A stretch of DNA of 63,937 nt, counting the filler, from Folioceros fuciformis (Eukaryota), in NCBI GenBank assembly GCA_049999805.1. It is 4 parts of 3 records of this genome, joined end to end, with 100 filler letters (N's around TTAATTAATTAA, not from the genome) between each part and the next. Parts side by side here need not be neighbours in the genome. Positions count along the whole stretch, not along the records: positions 62,036 to 63,937 come from JBNGIO010006421.1; 3 more parts are not named here. One strand, written 5' to 3'. The notes beneath the pieces are model-generated. The model was not told where the DNA came from. It saw nothing but the letters and a program-made list of their open reading frames with translations, and ran no database searches. The stretch's first letter is position 1; every line of letters begins with the position of its first letter. Positions 62,036-63,937 of this stretch are shown piece by piece. The position numbers and the translations under genes are program-made.

Positions 62036-63937
62036 CAGTTTATGTGCAGGCTTGAGACGCCGCCGCTGGACCCTACTGTGTTCTCCCAGATTGGCCTGCC
62101 GGATGCTGAGCGCAAGCCCATGCCGAAGGAGTGCTGCAGGTGCTTGACCTTGCTCAGGGCTTTAGTGAGCACATCTGCTGTCATCAGATCCGTAGGACAG
62201 TAGATCACTTGCACTAATCCACTTGCTACCTGTTCTCTTATAAAATGATGTTGCACCTCCAGGTGCTTGGTCCTTGCATGGTAACGCGGATTCTGGGATA
62301 GCGCTATTGCGCTCTGGTTATCACACATCAAGCTGAGTGGTAGCGGTTGTGGAGATCCCAGCTCGGTGAGTGCTCCTACTGCCCAAATTGCCTCTTTGCA
62401 AGCTTCTGTTAATGACCTATATTCTGCCTCCGTGGATGACAGGGCCACGGTGGGCTGACGCTTGCTACTCCAAGAGATTGCACTCCCTGCGAGAAGGAAC
62501 ACATGACTAGAGATGTTACGCCTACTATCCGTATCCCTAGCCCAATCAGCATCGCTGAATGCAGTAAGTGTTAATGCTCCAGGTGCATCTCCGCTATAGA
62601 GTAGACCCCAGTCTTCAGTTGCCTTGATATACCTGAACAGCCTGCGCATGGCATGCCAATGGGCCATGGCTGGATTTGCCAGGAATTGTGAAAGCAGGCC
62701 AACTGAATATGCAAGATCTGGGTGGCTCCCTAGCATGAGATACATTACACTGCCACTGAGGGATGCATACGGGAACTCAGCCATGAGGTATGCCTCTTCC
62801 GCAGTGAGTTCAACTTCTCCCACTTGTGCCTTGTATTTTACATTTTGCTCAAGAGGGGTAGAGACTAGCTTACAGTTGGACATTTGGAAGCGTGCAAGAA
62901 TCTATCTTATGTATTTTGCTTGATGTAAGAAAATGGTTCGCCTCTTTCTATCTCGATTGATCTGCATGCCTAGGCAAAAGGCGAGGGCTCCAGCATCCGT
63001 CATCTTGAATGCTGACCGCAGCTGGGCTTTCAACTCTTCAATTATACTCCAGCTATTGGACATAATTATGATGTCATCTACGTAAATGGCCAGGGCCAAA
63101 AAATCCTTTCCTTCACCTCTTTTTACGTATACATTAGTGTCAGCATGCAGTGGCACATAGCCATGGGAGATCAGAAAATTATGGATGCGTGCAAACCATG
63201 CACGTGGACTCTGCTTGAGTCCATAGAGTGTTTTCTTCAATTTGCAAACATACTGATGGTTGTCCTCTTGGGCTACAAGACCAGCTGGAGGCTCCATATA
63301 TATTTCTTCATGCAGCTGACCATATAAGAAGGCCATTGTCACATCCAGTTGTTCTAATTCGTAGTCATGGACTGCTGACAAGGCAAGGAAAAGCCTAAGT
63401 GTACTCATCTTCACTACCGGACTAAAGGTGTCCGTGTAGTCTACTCCAGCAACTTGGGAGTAGCCTTTGGCTACCACTCTTCCCTTGTATCGATCTATAC
63501 TTCCATCAGATTTCAGTTTAACCTTGAAGACCCACTTGCTGCCTACCGCTTTCCTACCAGGGGGCAGCTGGGTTAACTCCCATGTTTCATTTTCCTTCAA
63601 AGATGCTAGCTCGGACGCAATGGCTACCTTCCAATGCTCAGCGTCAGGACAGGTAAGAGCTTCTTCATATGTCTGTGGTTCAAAATGTTCAGTAGCAGCT
63701 GCTAGACAATAAGTCAAATTAGACTTGGAGTGACTTGCGTCCTTCTTAGGGTGACGCCAATCATGAACGTGATATAGATCTAGTCGTGGATTTTTCCCAG
63801 CTGTACGTCTAATTGGCCTGTCCCGTGGTGGCATAGGTACTGTTGCAGCTTTCGTCTTCTTCCGATGCACTACGCCAGGGGTTGAGACATGCTGATAATC
63901 GGAGGGTGTATCAAATAATCCTCCAGGTGAAACCACT
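62036..63937 (-). mobile_element. Ty1/copia element 4, RT-RNase H fragment running off the window
   Basis: SKWVFKVK, LYGLKQSPRAW, AIYVDD, FSDADWA, RTKHLEVQHHFIRE, ADVLTKAL; in-frame stop at 62902. Confidence 0.93.

Overview
Eukaryotic land-plant nuclear DNA. Short (~80-190 nt) introns and tight gene packing suggest a compact bryophyte-type genome such as a hornwort (inference). It is a draft scaffold with N gaps and TTAATTAATTAA linkers. The left ~34 kb is gene-rich: a bacterial-type UvrD/PcrA helicase, a malectin-like/LRR receptor kinase, a EUL lectin, XRCC2, a mitoferrin-type carrier, NDUFAF7, Yos1, RPB5, a divergent intronless PLATZ, and an intact 8-exon TPR-like/CHAT caspase-family protease. 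The right ~30 kb is a nest of decayed Ty1/copia and pogo elements. The most notable observations are: (1) the mitoferrin appears to be a chimera whose N-terminus is a His-rich truncated EUL lectin; (2) a plant CHAT protease retains its His/Cys dyad; (3) a duplicated XRCC2 5' end is fused in frame to a pogo transposase core; (4) two copia elements have TA...TA LTR ends and a conserved coiled-coil ORF upstream of gag; (5) a 2.7-kb solo-LTR-like insertion carries a long ORF. All exon boundaries and alignments were read by eye.
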